From the NCBI GenBank assembly GCA_963666985.2, contig CAXXIA010000002.1, positions 864,001 through 928,000 on the forward strand: a DNA stretch of 64,000 bases, read 5' to 3'. Positions within the stretch are counted from its first letter, which is position 1, and each line of letters starts with the position of its first letter. Below are positions 10,218 to 20,008 of this stretch, in pieces. The stretch comes from Spirochaetia bacterium (lineage in GTDB: Bacteria; Spirochaetota; Spirochaetia; DSM-2461). A program made the position numbers and the translations under genes. The notes under the pieces are model-generated. The model did no database searches and was not told the DNA's origin. It saw only the letters and a program-made list of their open reading frames with translations.

Positions 10218-10404
10218 ATTCCTGGGGATTCTGCTGATAATTCTCGCTCCTCTTCTGTTTATTGCCGTATCGATAGGTCGCAGATTGGAGACGAGTGATG
10301 TTAAGATGGAAAGAGATCGGGCCATAAGAGACGGAATGGATGCCCTGAAGCGAAGAGTGTTGAACCTGGAGAAACTCCGGGGCATGCGCAGGGAGAGGAG
10401 TTGA
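10210..10404 (+). CDS. pspB: PspB-like small membrane protein
   Basis: 64 aa, N-terminal TM helix then RRVLNLEK coiled coil; lies between pspA and pspC. Confidence 0.6.
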   Translation: MVKFLGILLIILAPLLFIAVSIGRRLETSDVKMERDRAIRDGMDALKRRVLNLEKLRGMRRERS

Positions 10405-10409
10405 CAATC

Positions 10410-10760
10410 ATGGCAGGGCGATATGCCGGCGGAAAAAAACTGTACAGATCCAGAAGCGGCGTGTTTCTGGGCGTATGCAAAGGCATCGCCGAGTGGGGAG
10501 ATTTTTCGGTTGAAATGGTTCGCATCGGTTTCGTGGTGCTCTGTGTTTTCGCCGGACTTCCTCTCTGGGTGTACTTCATCCTGGCGCTGATTCTTCCCGT
10601 AGAGCCCGAAGCTTACGACGGACGCTATCATGAACGCCCCCGAAGAGATGACGACATCCACGCCGATTTCGAAGACCTGAAAGAACGGGTCCGGAAGATG
10701 GAAGACGAAGAGTTCGACAAGGAACGTGACTGGGAAGACCGATTCCGCAAAGGACGGTAG
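10410..10760 (+). CDS. pspC: PspC domain protein
   Basis: KLYRSRSGVFLGVCKGIAEW...VRI...YFILALILP. Confidence 0.9.
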   Translation: MAGRYAGGKKLYRSRSGVFLGVCKGIAEWGDFSVEMVRIGFVVLCVFAGLPLWVYFILALILPVEPEAYDGRYHERPRRDDDIHADFEDLKERVRKMEDEEFDKERDWEDRFRKGR

Positions 10761-10800
10761 TTTTCCATTCGGCGTTCCGATACTGAGGAAAGAAATAGGG

Positions 10801-10874
10801 GAGGCTTTTTCAAAATAGTGAATTAATTTCGTGCGGAAGGCCGCCGGAATTACGGTGCATTTTGAAAGAGCCTC
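10801..10874. repeat. Short element with 15-bp terminal inverted repeats (MITE-like)
   Basis: GAGGCTTTTTCAAAA ... TTTTGAAAGAGCCTC (14 of 15 complementary). Confidence 0.6.
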
Positions 10875-10878
10875 AAGG

Positions 10879-10908
10879 AAAAACCGGTCCGTAAGGGCCG
10901 GTTTTTTT
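10879..10908 (+). terminator. Intrinsic terminator of the psp operon
   Basis: AAAAACCGGTCC-GTAA-GGGCCGGTTTTTTT hairpin plus U-tract. Confidence 0.85.
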
Positions 10909-11134
10909 GTGTCCACGGCTGTACAAACGGCGGTTACACCGGCGGCCTCAATCTGTTTCCTTTCGCAAATAAATCCTTATTCTGCAATTGCGAATCACAG
11001 TGTTGAAACCCTTCGCTCGCCATCGCCCAGGTTCTTTCCACATAAACATCACCTGCCCTCAGACAGGGAACAAAGAGACTTTCAGGAAAAAAGCGCGAGA
11101 TTATGGCCCCTCCGACCGATAGAATTGATACGAT

Positions 11135-11785
11135 ATGTTCCAAAGCCGCTTTTTTACAGTGTTTGTTCTCATCTCCGTATTAGCCGCTTCCGCGGGCGCC
11201 CTGCCGGTTTCTCTCGGTGAAATTGAAATCGGTCTGGAAAGCTTCGACGGCTACCAGGAAGGCATGGCCTACATTTCCACGGACGAAGAGGGAGAATCAC
11301 TGGAAATCCTGATTGGGTATAAAGGCTTCGGTCTGGACACCGTTACTTGGGTTTTCTCCGGGGAAGATTTAACCGCCATACGGGAAGCGACGGCCGGTGC
11401 GGCTTGGTGGAGATCGCGTTTGTTGGAAATGACGGTGGATCAAACGGTGGAAAAAGAAGTAACCGTAACCGCTCCGTCGGTTACCTATGCTTATCGGGCT
11501 TCAACCTATCCTTTTGATTCTACCGAACATGTTCTCCGATTCGTCAGACAGGGCCGCGATTACGCCCTTCTGCTGACCGAAGATACCCAAGGCGCCGAAA
11601 CGCGCCGTTCCGGAGACAAGACGCTGCCGGTTTTTACCATTCACTTTTCAGGACGGGAACTGCCGGATTTGAGGGACATGGTTTCCGAACCTCGGATGAC
11701 CGAAGTTCTCACCGCTTACGCCGAAAAGAAGGCCGCCATAGAAGAGATTCTGGCCGCCGGGCCGGAAACAAAAGCCGGAGGCTGA
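11135..11785 (+). CDS. Hypothetical exported protein
   Basis: 216 aa ORF with signal peptide ending ASAGA; no recognised motif. Confidence 0.7.
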   Translation: MFQSRFFTVFVLISVLAASAGALPVSLGEIEIGLESFDGYQEGMAYISTDEEGESLEILIGYKGFGLDTVTWVFSGEDLTAIREATAGAAWWRSRLLEMTVDQTVEKEVTVTAPSVTYAYRASTYPFDSTEHVLRFVRQGRDYALLLTEDTQGAETRRSGDKTLPVFTIHFSGRELPDLRDMVSEPRMTEVLTAYAEKKAAIEEILAAGPETKAGG

Positions 11786-11899
11786 GGCATCATACTCTTT
11801 TAAGCAACAGACTTTCCCTGCTTCCAGTTTTCTCTATCAGCTTTTGATAAATCCTCTTCATGTTCACTAAAAAGATTTCACATGCCCGGATCTGAGGAT

Positions 11900-12469
11900 T
11901 CAGCGTATTGCCCTTATACTCTCCAGAAATAAACCCAGAGCGAAAGCTATCAATCTTACAGTTAAAAAAATGACTACTATCTGAAGCAAAGTCATTTTTG
12001 TACATTTCTTTGCAAAGAAAGTCTCAACCAACAATCGAAGAATTAAAGAAATATATTCAGAATATGAAGGAAGCAGCCAAATCGGTATGAGAATAACACT
12101 GTATGAAATACTAATTACATGAGCTATTGCTTCATGTTCATCTCGATTAAAGAAAAGTTTGAAAAGTATATTCCTGATGCCAACTCCTATAAGCAAACTG
12201 ATTGAAGCAAAAAAATTTGCTCCTATCATTACAATACAAAAGAGAATCAAATAGATAATAATCGGATCACCTTTTGCGAGATGTACTAAAAGAGATATTG
12301 CAAAAGAAAGTCTCATTATTAAGGAAAAAACCAGAATACGGGATTCACGGAGCAGCTTCGGTGTTGAATGAAATCGAATCCTTTGGGGATTTGCTATCGA
12401 AGCAAGTATAATTTTCGCCGGGAGAATAGAGTTTCTAAAAAATATTCTATTTATCATTTCATAACACAT
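11900..12469 (-). CDS. Hypothetical membrane protein (AT-rich)
   Basis: 189 aa, several hydrophobic helices. Confidence 0.55.
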   Translation of the reverse strand: MCYEMINRIFFRNSILPAKIILASIANPQRIRFHSTPKLLRESRILVFSLIMRLSFAISLLVHLAKGDPIIIYLILFCIVMIGANFFASISLLIGVGIRNILFKLFFNRDEHEAIAHVISISYSVILIPIWLLPSYSEYISLILRLLVETFFAKKCTKMTLLQIVVIFLTVRLIAFALGLFLESIRAIR

Positions 12470-12756
12470 CCTGAATTGTTGCTATATGATACATTAATTC
12501 CTCAATTATTTACGAGCAATTGGATATATATGAACGTCTTTATTGGCACGTAAGCAGCAGTACCTACGAATATAGGATTCCCCGATTGCTTTCTTGCCCT
12601 ATCACACTGCTTTTAGAAACACATCTGAAAGATGTCTGAACAAGGAAAATTTGAACAAAACCCCGAACCCTACTAAACACAGTTAGAGGCCGGGGCACAT
12701 CAATAGCTGTTAAACGAAGTATGAAATGCATATACATCTGGAAGATGTAAAGCTAA

Positions 12757-13455
12757 TCAGGTTTCTCTATAGAAGGATTTATTTTCCAATCTGGATACCT
12801 GTCTGAATATTACATACAGACCTGAAATTATGAGCATGAAATCAATTTTCGCTCCAAGCCTCATTATCCCGAAGAAACCAAAATAGAGTGTTATACATGC
12901 GGTAAATACTTCTAACATCGCAAGGCCTGGTCTCGTTGAAAAAATAAGCAACCCGCAGATTGTAATTAATGTTGGACAGTTAATAATTCCTAACGGAGAA
13001 TAAAAAAAGGCATTTATCCAAACAGGTTCCTCAATCCAGTGTAAATAGTAGAAACCTATGGCAAGTGAAAGAAATGCAATGATTTTACCCAATGCTCCAA
13101 CATTGGAAATATCAAATGACATTTCCTTCTTGATTAGAGGTACCAATGAAAGAGTGAAGATGGCTCCAAAAACAATTATGTTGGGAATAATTCGATATTT
13201 GAACGCCAAGAGCGTTGCTGAGCCGGATAAAATCAAAATCAGCAATGAAAATAAAATGTTTCTTGTTTTCTTTACGAAAAGCCCAACAACAAAGACTATC
13301 AGGAATACACAATGCATTATCAATGCAATCTGCTTTGTTTCTGATGCTACCGAACTCAAACTCACTATTAACTCTTGAGGGGTTTTAACAAATGTCAGAA
13401 AGAACACTATGAGAGAAAGAAATAGCAAAATAAGATATTTGTATTTGTTTTTCAT
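12757..13455 (-). CDS. Hypothetical multi-pass membrane protein (AT-rich)
   Basis: 232 aa, about 7 TM helices, SPLGIINCPT motif; AAGGAG RBS. Confidence 0.75.
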   Translation of the reverse strand: MKNKYKYLILLFLSLIVFFLTFVKTPQELIVSLSSVASETKQIALIMHCVFLIVFVVGLFVKKTRNILFSLLILILSGSATLLAFKYRIIPNIIVFGAIFTLSLVPLIKKEMSFDISNVGALGKIIAFLSLAIGFYYLHWIEEPVWINAFFYSPLGIINCPTLITICGLLIFSTRPGLAMLEVFTACITLYFGFFGIMRLGAKIDFMLIISGLYVIFRQVSRLENKSFYRET

Positions 13456-13626
13456 TAATAGAACTCCTTGAAATTTAATTTTGGATACTGTTTCTGTTCC
13501 TGTTTTCTACAATTACTGTTTGGGATTAAAAAAGCTGTGTCATTTAAATGTCTCCTGTCGCACCTCCTTTTATTTATCCAAATATACAAGTTTACAACTA
13601 GATACTTGTATAGAAAAAGAAAAAAA

Positions 13627-13962
13627 TTAACTACACTTATCGCAATCCGGGTATTTCCCGCAATCAATGCATTTTTCAAAGGCCATATCGAATAATTTAT
13701 TGAAATCGTCCTTCATCTTTCTGAAGGCCTTTAAATCAAGGTGATAGTACATATGATTACCCTGCCTTTCCGAATAGAGAAACCCTGCCATTTTCATCAG
13801 TTTCAGCTGCTGTGACGCCGCTTGCTGTGAGATTCCTACATAGTTTGCAAGATCATTGACACAGAGTGAGTCTACGGTATTCGACGCAAGCAGCTTTATG
13901 ATTTTCAATCTTGTCTCATCTCCGAGTATTTTTAGGCGTTCAACAGCTTTCCTATCCAACAT
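13627..13962 (-). CDS. ArsR/SmtB family regulator with Cys-rich C-terminus
   Basis: LKILGDETRLKII, LCVNDLA...ISQQAASQQLK, RQG..MYY; tail CIDC...CDKC. Confidence 0.9.
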   Translation of the reverse strand: MLDRKAVERLKILGDETRLKIIKLLASNTVDSLCVNDLANYVGISQQAASQQLKLMKMAGFLYSERQGNHMYYHLDLKAFRKMKDDFNKLFDMAFEKCIDCGKYPDCDKCS

Positions 13963-14179
13963 GCACCACCATACAACTATTTAATTGTATACTTGTTACC
14001 CCAAAAATGTCCAGATAAAAACAAAGATATGCAGCCATGCAAGAGATTGAAGAATCTACGAGCATTATGGCTTTCATATATGAAATTAACCGTTTTCTGG
14101 CTTTCTCAAACCCTTTGCTAACACAGATAACACGATTCACGTTCGATTATGGTGATATCCACTGTATAAGGAGACACAT

Positions 14180-15652
14180 ATGAAGAATCGTGTCGTTATT
14201 CTTTTTACCGCCCTTTTCATCGCTCTGGCGGTACCGGGCGCCCTTTTCGCCAACGGCGTCGAAGATGCCTCGGACACCATGGAAACGGCTCAGGCCAAAT
14301 ACGTTTTCCTCTTCATCGGAGACGGTATGGCTCTGCCGCAGATTTCGGCCACGGAAGCCTATTTGAACTATCAGAACAGCTCGAACGCCGGCGTTAGACT
14401 TTTGGCCATGAGTCAATTTCCCGCACAGGGACTCACTACCACCTATTCGGCCGACCGCTTCATCACCGATTCGGCCGCCGCCGCCACGGCCATTGCCTGC
14501 GGCCAGAAAACCAACACCGGTGTGATCGCCATGAACTCATCGGCGACGGTCGGTCTGAAAACCATTGCCGAAATGGCCAAAGAGGCCGGCATGAAAGTCG
14601 GGATTCTTTCCAGCGTCAATCTGGATCACGCTACTCCGGCTTCCTTCTACGCCCACTTCAAAACCCGCAACGACTATTACGAAATCAGCCGTCAGATGGC
14701 AAACAGCGATTTCGATTACTTCGCCGGCGGCATGGTTCGACTCGACAAAACCCCCGAAGGTCAAAAGAACGCCATCGACATGATGAAAGACAACGGCTGG
14801 GAAGTCACCACAACGCGTTCCCAGCTGAATACGCTTCAGCCTTCGGATAAACAGGTTTACGCCTACTATGCCACCAGCTTCACCCGCAACTCCATCGACT
14901 ACACCCTCGATCAGGAAAGCGACGATATCACCCTGGCCGAATACACCAAAAAAGGGATCGAGCTTCTGGATAATCCCAACGGATTCTTCATGATGGTGGA
15001 AGGCGGAAAAATCGACTGGGCCTGCCATGCCAACGACGCGGGTTCCTCCATCGGCAATACCATTGCTTTCGATGACGCCATTAAGGAAGCCGTCGCGTTT
15101 TACAACCGGCATCCGGATGAAACCCTCATCGTCGTTACCGGCGACCACGAATGCGGCGGTTTAACCCTGGGATTCGCCGGAACCCAGTACGATTCGGCCT
15201 TCGCCGATATCGGCAAACAGAACATGAGTTACGAAGCGTTCGACAATTTCGTCATCAAACCCTTCAGGGCCGACAATCCCAACGGATCTCTCGCCGATCT
15301 GCTGCCGGAGATTGAAAAAGGATTCGGCTTAACCAATCTTTCCGATTACGAAATGCAGCTTTTGGAAACAGCATTCGAAAATACCATGCTGGATAAGAAA
15401 GAACGCGCCAAGGATGAAGCCACATACCTGAATTACGGCGGATACGAGCCTCTTTCGGTAACCATCACCCACATTCTGAACAACCGGGCCGGGCTGGCCT
15501 GGACTTCCTATTCCCATACAGCCGTTCCGGTTCCCACCTTCGCCATGGGCGCAGGACAGTCGCTGTTCAACGGCTACTACGACAACACCGATATCTTCAA
15601 GAAAACCGCCGCCGTTATGGGACTCGGCCAAGCCGTTTCCATGGCCCGCTAA
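14180..15652 (+). CDS. phoA: Alkaline phosphatase (PhoA family), exported
   Basis: FIGDGM, TDSAAAATA, HATPA, VEGGKIDWACHAND, TGDHECGG, SHT, DNTD. Confidence 0.93.
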   Translation: MKNRVVILFTALFIALAVPGALFANGVEDASDTMETAQAKYVFLFIGDGMALPQISATEAYLNYQNSSNAGVRLLAMSQFPAQGLTTTYSADRFITDSAAAATAIACGQKTNTGVIAMNSSATVGLKTIAEMAKEAGMKVGILSSVNLDHATPASFYAHFKTRNDYYEISRQMANSDFDYFAGGMVRLDKTPEGQKNAIDMMKDNGWEVTTTRSQLNTLQPSDKQVYAYYATSFTRNSIDYTLDQESDDITLAEYTKKGIELLDNPNGFFMMVEGGKIDWACHANDAGSSIGNTIAFDDAIKEAVAFYNRHPDETLIVVTGDHECGGLTLGFAGTQYDSAFADIGKQNMSYEAFDNFVIKPFRADNPNGSLADLLPEIEKGFGLTNLSDYEMQLLETAFENTMLDKKERAKDEATYLNYGGYEPLSVTITHILNNRAGLAWTSYSHTAVPVPTFAMGAGQSLFNGYYDNTDIFKKTAAVMGLGQAVSMAR

Positions 15653-15686
15653 GAAACAGACGGCTCATTAAAACTCTTGGTATCTT

Positions 15687-15717
15687 GAGTGGGGCCCCTT
15701 TCGGGGCTCCGCTTTTT
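15687..15717 (+). terminator. Stem-loop or terminator between phoA and the YibE/F gene
   Basis: GAGTGGGGCCCC-TTTC-GGGGCTCCGCTTTTT. Confidence 0.7.
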
Positions 15718-15733
15718 CCATTGGAAGACAAAC

Positions 15734-16918
15734 ATGCCGAATGTCAAAAAAACAGACAAGCAAAACATCATTCTTACCGCCGTTCTGGCGCTCTTAACCA
15801 TTGCCGTTTTCTTCATACCCACTCATTTCGGTTCACCCGCAACTGTGAAAACGATTCGCTCCAAAGCGAAAATCATTGAGGTTGACAACAGCACCATTGA
15901 ACAATGCGGCATCGTTATAACCGGCGATCAGGGACTGACCTTTAAAATCATGAACGGACCGTTCAAAGGAACCGTTTTGGAAGGCAACAATCTTCTCATG
16001 GGGAAAATGGACATCGACAAGCTTTTCGATGTCGGTGACAAGGCCCTTGTTACTCTGTATGTGGATGATGCTGTCGAACGGATTCTCTCCAATCAGGTGG
16101 TTGATCACTACCGAACCAATATCGAACTGATTCTGCTGGTTCTTTTTGCGGCCATGCTTATCGGTTTTGCGGGCTGGACCGGTGTGAAAGCACTGCTTTC
16201 CTTTATTTTTACGGCGGCGGCCATTTGGAAAATTCTCATTCCCGGATTGCTGACCGGGATTTCCCCGATGCTTCTCTCTTTGGCCGTCGTCAGTATCATG
16301 ACGGCGGTTATCGTTTTTCTGGTCGCCGGGATTTCCCGAATGGGCGCGGTGGCGTTTCTGGGGGCCATGTCCGGCATCGCCGTTACCGCCGTTTTATCAC
16401 TCACCTTCGGCCGGGCCTTTAAAATTCATGGTGCCGTAAAACCCTTCGCCGAAACTCTGCTTTATTCGGGTTATCCGACTCTGAACCTCACATCCATTTT
16501 CTTATCGGGAATTTTCATGGCCGCATCCGGAGCCGTTATGGACATCGCCATGGATATCGCCGCTTCAATGAGGGAAGTAAAAGACAAGCATCCGCTCATC
16601 ACGCGATCCGAACTCATCCGCTCAGGCTTCAGAGTGGGCCGGGCCGTTATCGGCACAATGACCACGACGCTGCTGCTGGCCTATTCGGGCGGATACACCT
16701 TCATTCTGATGGTCTTCGTAGCTCAAGGAACACCGCTTGTGAATGTCTTTAACATCATCTATGTGAGTTCGGAGATTCTCCACACCATCGTGGGCAGTTT
16801 CGGTTTGGTTCTTGTGGCGCCGCTGACGGCCCTTATCGGAGGATTCCTCTATTCGAAGGAACAATCCCCGAAGAGCGGCATTGAGGCCGTCATTCCAAAA
16901 AAAAGAGCCGGCTCTTGA
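15734..16918 (+). CDS. YibE/F family membrane protein
   Basis: GAVMDIAMDIAASMREV, IGTMTTTLLLAYSG, GSFGLVLVAPLT. Confidence 0.88.
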   Translation: MPNVKKTDKQNIILTAVLALLTIAVFFIPTHFGSPATVKTIRSKAKIIEVDNSTIEQCGIVITGDQGLTFKIMNGPFKGTVLEGNNLLMGKMDIDKLFDVGDKALVTLYVDDAVERILSNQVVDHYRTNIELILLVLFAAMLIGFAGWTGVKALLSFIFTAAAIWKILIPGLLTGISPMLLSLAVVSIMTAVIVFLVAGISRMGAVAFLGAMSGIAVTAVLSLTFGRAFKIHGAVKPFAETLLYSGYPTLNLTSIFLSGIFMAASGAVMDIAMDIAASMREVKDKHPLITRSELIRSGFRVGRAVIGTMTTTLLLAYSGGYTFILMVFVAQGTPLVNVFNIIYVSSEILHTIVGSFGLVLVAPLTALIGGFLYSKEQSPKSGIEAVIPKKRAGS

Positions 16919-16985
16919 GGATCGGAGGCGGACGAACCTGTCGGTTCATTCTCCATAAGGCGATGCGCCAGCGATATCGCGGTGT

Positions 16986-19136
16986 TTATAAATGCACCCC
17001 TCCATACCATTTCAGAGTTCCGGCCCAGCCGTTTTCTCCGTCCCAGCGGGTTCCGCCGTCGAGTAAAACGCTCTCGTGGTTCCAGGGCGATTTCACCGTT
17101 AAGCCGAAACCGGTATAAACACCGAACTTCTTTCCAAAGCCCGCCGTAACACTGAAAGTTGGAACGGTAAAGACGTTGTCCAAGGTTTCTTCCATGGTAT
17201 CGTACATATTATAATCCGCGAGGGCCGTTCGAAGGTCATACTCGAATTCCAAATACACCGGCCGAAAGGTTGCCCGCAGACCGATACCGAATCCGAAAAT
17301 AAGCCCGTCGCTGTCCCAATTCCATTGATCAAAACCGAAGATGAACCGGGTGTAATAGTACCGGTTTCCGGTTTTCACACTCAGATACTGACGGTTGCCC
17401 TGCTCATAACGGAAATCCAAATCAAGAATACCGTTCTTGGAGATGTTCACCAAACCGATGGGGAAAGCCCGCATGTCCTCGGAATAGTTAATCAGTCCCA
17501 CCAGGACGCCATGGGAAGTTTCGGAGACGTTAATCAGACCGATTTGCGTTCCGTCGAGCTCTCCGCATCGATTGAGAAATCCCGAAATCTGCGCTCCGGT
17601 AATCGATCCTTCGGCAAGATTCAGAAAGCCGGCGACCTTGCATCCTTTCATATCGCCCCGGACACTGCCGTAGAATCCCGCCGCCTGCACTCCTTCGAAC
17701 GAATCGTCCGCGGAAACGAAAATTCCGGCGGCCTGTACTCCCGTAAGAGGCCCTCCCGTGCGGGCAAAAATTCCGGCAGCCTGAACGCCCGAAACCGAAC
17801 CGGCCGTTTCCGCGAAGAATCCCGCCGCCTGCACTCCCGAAAGAGGACCTAAGTTTTTCGCTCCGAAATTGGCTTGCTGTATACCTTCAACGCCTCCGGC
17901 GGTCATGGACATGAAGAGAGCCGATTGAACGCCCTGAATTCCCCAGGCGGATGCGATGGGCAAACCGAGCTGGAGGTTCACAACGGCTTCGGAAACGTTC
18001 GGGAAACTCAGCGACGGGAAAATGCCTAAGGAGGCGACCACTTCCTTGCGTTCTGTTTCCGGTTCCTCGCCGCGGAATTGCGTATACTCAGGCCTAACCC
18101 GGGAAAAATCATCGCCGTCAACCATCGTCGGAACACCCCGCTGAAGAGAAACCGCTCCCGAATATCGGGTTTCATCCCGCATAACCACGACATCGTAGGC
18201 TCCCGGCGGCAGGGCCATCACCACTTCTTCCTCGGATCTTTTATTAATCTCGGCGACAAGAAGTCCCGTATTATCGCGGACGGCGATACGCCCGCTTAAT
18301 GAAGAAGCGAAAATCATCGATGCGGTGGGGCTGCTTAAATCGGTAAGAACCAAATCGCCGGTGCCGGTAAGCCGAATGTCGTAAGCCGGATGCTGTGGAC
18401 CGCCGAGAGTTTTTTCGGTCCGGGCAAGAGTTTCCGCATAGGTATGCTGGTATATCTCGTTCAGCGTTACGCGGCCGTCGCGGGTGGTATCCGCCGCGCC
18501 GCGAAGCCCGCTTACAAGATAATGGGTAAAAAACGATCCCCCGATGGCGTCCGATTCCTGACTCACCTCATCCGCGGAGCTGGAGGTTAGAAACGCATGC
18601 CCCTCCATTCGCGAGGAATCATCCATAAGGAACGGGGCCCTGCGGATTCCGCCCTTCTCCCGGGTGAACGCGCCCGAAGCGCAGGAATCAAGGATGGCGA
18701 CCAGAACGTCCGCGTCCAGGTTTTCCAGCCGATCCCGAAGACGGCCGTAGGAATACCGCTCTTCTCCGAGCATCAGGCCGTTCTCGTCGGAATGCCCCGA
18801 GTAATAGAACACCACTTCCGTCCTGCGGGCATTCCCCGCCTCGCCGATATTGCGTTCCATCACGGAAAGGGCGCCGTCCAATTCCTCAACATCCGGTTCA
18901 AAGAGAATCACTTCATCCTGAGGCGCCACGCCGCCGAGATCTCCCAGCGTTCGGGACATGGTAACAACATCGTCATCGGCGTACATCAGACGCATCCGGC
19001 CTGTTCCGCCGTTGTTCGAGGCGACATAGAGTCCGAATCTGCGAACCGACAGTTCCTCGGCGCTCTGCGCGATCAGACCCGATGAGGTCAGAATCAAGAT
19101 TAAAATCGGTAAAATACGTTTTCTCTTCATGTTCAT
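16986..19136 (-). CDS. Exported caspase-family (peptidase C14-like) protein with Ig-like segment, 16-aa repeats and beta-rich C-terminus
   Basis: Signal peptide; FYYSGHS and ILDSCASG His/Cys dyad; ES..IGGSFFTHYL..GLRGAAD...DG.VTL.E; GVQAAG repeats. Confidence 0.88.
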   Translation of the reverse strand: MNMKRKRILPILILILTSSGLIAQSAEELSVRRFGLYVASNNGGTGRMRLMYADDDVVTMSRTLGDLGGVAPQDEVILFEPDVEELDGALSVMERNIGEAGNARRTEVVFYYSGHSDENGLMLGEERYSYGRLRDRLENLDADVLVAILDSCASGAFTREKGGIRRAPFLMDDSSRMEGHAFLTSSSADEVSQESDAIGGSFFTHYLVSGLRGAADTTRDGRVTLNEIYQHTYAETLARTEKTLGGPQHPAYDIRLTGTGDLVLTDLSSPTASMIFASSLSGRIAVRDNTGLLVAEINKRSEEEVVMALPPGAYDVVVMRDETRYSGAVSLQRGVPTMVDGDDFSRVRPEYTQFRGEEPETERKEVVASLGIFPSLSFPNVSEAVVNLQLGLPIASAWGIQGVQSALFMSMTAGGVEGIQQANFGAKNLGPLSGVQAAGFFAETAGSVSGVQAAGIFARTGGPLTGVQAAGIFVSADDSFEGVQAAGFYGSVRGDMKGCKVAGFLNLAEGSITGAQISGFLNRCGELDGTQIGLINVSETSHGVLVGLINYSEDMRAFPIGLVNISKNGILDLDFRYEQGNRQYLSVKTGNRYYYTRFIFGFDQWNWDSDGLIFGFGIGLRATFRPVYLEFEYDLRTALADYNMYDTMEETLDNVFTVPTFSVTAGFGKKFGVYTGFGLTVKSPWNHESVLLDGGTRWDGENGWAGTLKWYGGVHL
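17480..17945 (-). repeat. Intragenic tandem repeats with a 48-nt (16-aa) period
   Basis: GVQAAGFFAETAGSVS / GVQAAGIFARTGGPLT / GVQAAGIFVSADDSFE / GVQAAGFYGSVRGDMK and degenerate copies. Confidence 0.85.
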
Positions 19137-20008
19137 GGTGCTTTTCGTATCGTTATCACGGTTATACCGGTTTTACCGACCGGATTGAGAATACTTACAT
19201 CAGGCAAAGAATCACCCCGATGGAAGCCCGCCAGCAGCGACTCGGCATCCGCAATGGGAAAAGAGCGATCGGACCATATCAGCGCGAATGCCTCGAAATC
19301 CGGTGCGTCGTCGAGTTCGTATGCATAAGGCAGAAGCTTTTCCCCGCCCATTCCCAACGGCACGGAATCCTCGCCGTCGGATGGCCAGTGCCGCGTTATA
19401 ATGCCGTTCCCATCCACGGAAACAATGGTTCCCCAGCAATCATTCCCGCCGAAGTATCCCACTTGAAGCAGATCATGTTCACCGGCGAGGTCGCCGGATT
19501 TCATCAGTTCCGCTCCATCCGGTCCGTCTTTGTACAGAATGAGTTCGGGAGACGCCGGAAAATCGGGTCTGTCGATTCCCTTGGGGCGCAAGATTTCGGC
19601 CGGCTCACTGTGGGAAGACTGCGTGCTCAAGCGCGGCAGAGCGATCAATACGGCGGCGGCCAATGCGGCCGCGGCGGCCAAGGGAACGATAACGCGAACC
19701 GGTCGAAATCGCCGGGACTCCGCGCTTTCGGCGGCCGCATCCCTTACGGTCTTATCCCTCTCCGGCCGGTTTCTCCCGGGGGCCCGGCGCCGGAGATCTT
19801 CACCGTTCCGGTTTTCTCCGGCCGCGCGGTTCAAAATGGCCCGAACCATATCGGCGGCCGGATACTGTTCCAGAATCTCTTGATCCGATTTATCCAAGGC
19901 GGCCATCCGGTTTTGAAAATCAGGTTCGGCTTCCAATTCACCGCGTTCCGATTCGGTAAGTTCGCCGAGACGGCAGCGCTCATAAGTCCATTCGCTTTTT
20001 TTGCTCAT
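19133..20008 (-). CDS. Probable single-pass anti-sigma factor with extracytoplasmic DUF4384-like domain
   Basis: Start MSKKSEWTYERCRLGEL overlaps the sigma stop; Ala-rich TM helix, then RPKG, GDL..HDLLQV.Y...IVSVDGNG.IT.HWP...LP.AYELDDAPDFE. Confidence 0.75.
   Translation of the reverse strand: MSKKSEWTYERCRLGELTESERGELEAEPDFQNRMAALDKSDQEILEQYPAADMVRAILNRAAGENRNGEDLRRRAPGRNRPERDKTVRDAAAESAESRRFRPVRVIVPLAAAAALAAAVLIALPRLSTQSSHSEPAEILRPKGIDRPDFPASPELILYKDGPDGAELMKSGDLAGEHDLLQVGYFGGNDCWGTIVSVDGNGIITRHWPSDGEDSVPLGMGGEKLLPYAYELDDAPDFEAFALIWSDRSFPIADAESLLAGFHRGDSLPDVSILNPVGKTGITVITIRKAP

Noticed and set aside
14119..14133. TAACAC direct repeat as a Pho box before phoA
   Set aside because: The period is 9 bp rather than 11 and the match to consensus is poor.
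17480..17945. Periodic repeats as a CRISPR array
   Set aside because: They are in-frame, degenerate at codon third positions and encode protein repeats; no cas genes are present.
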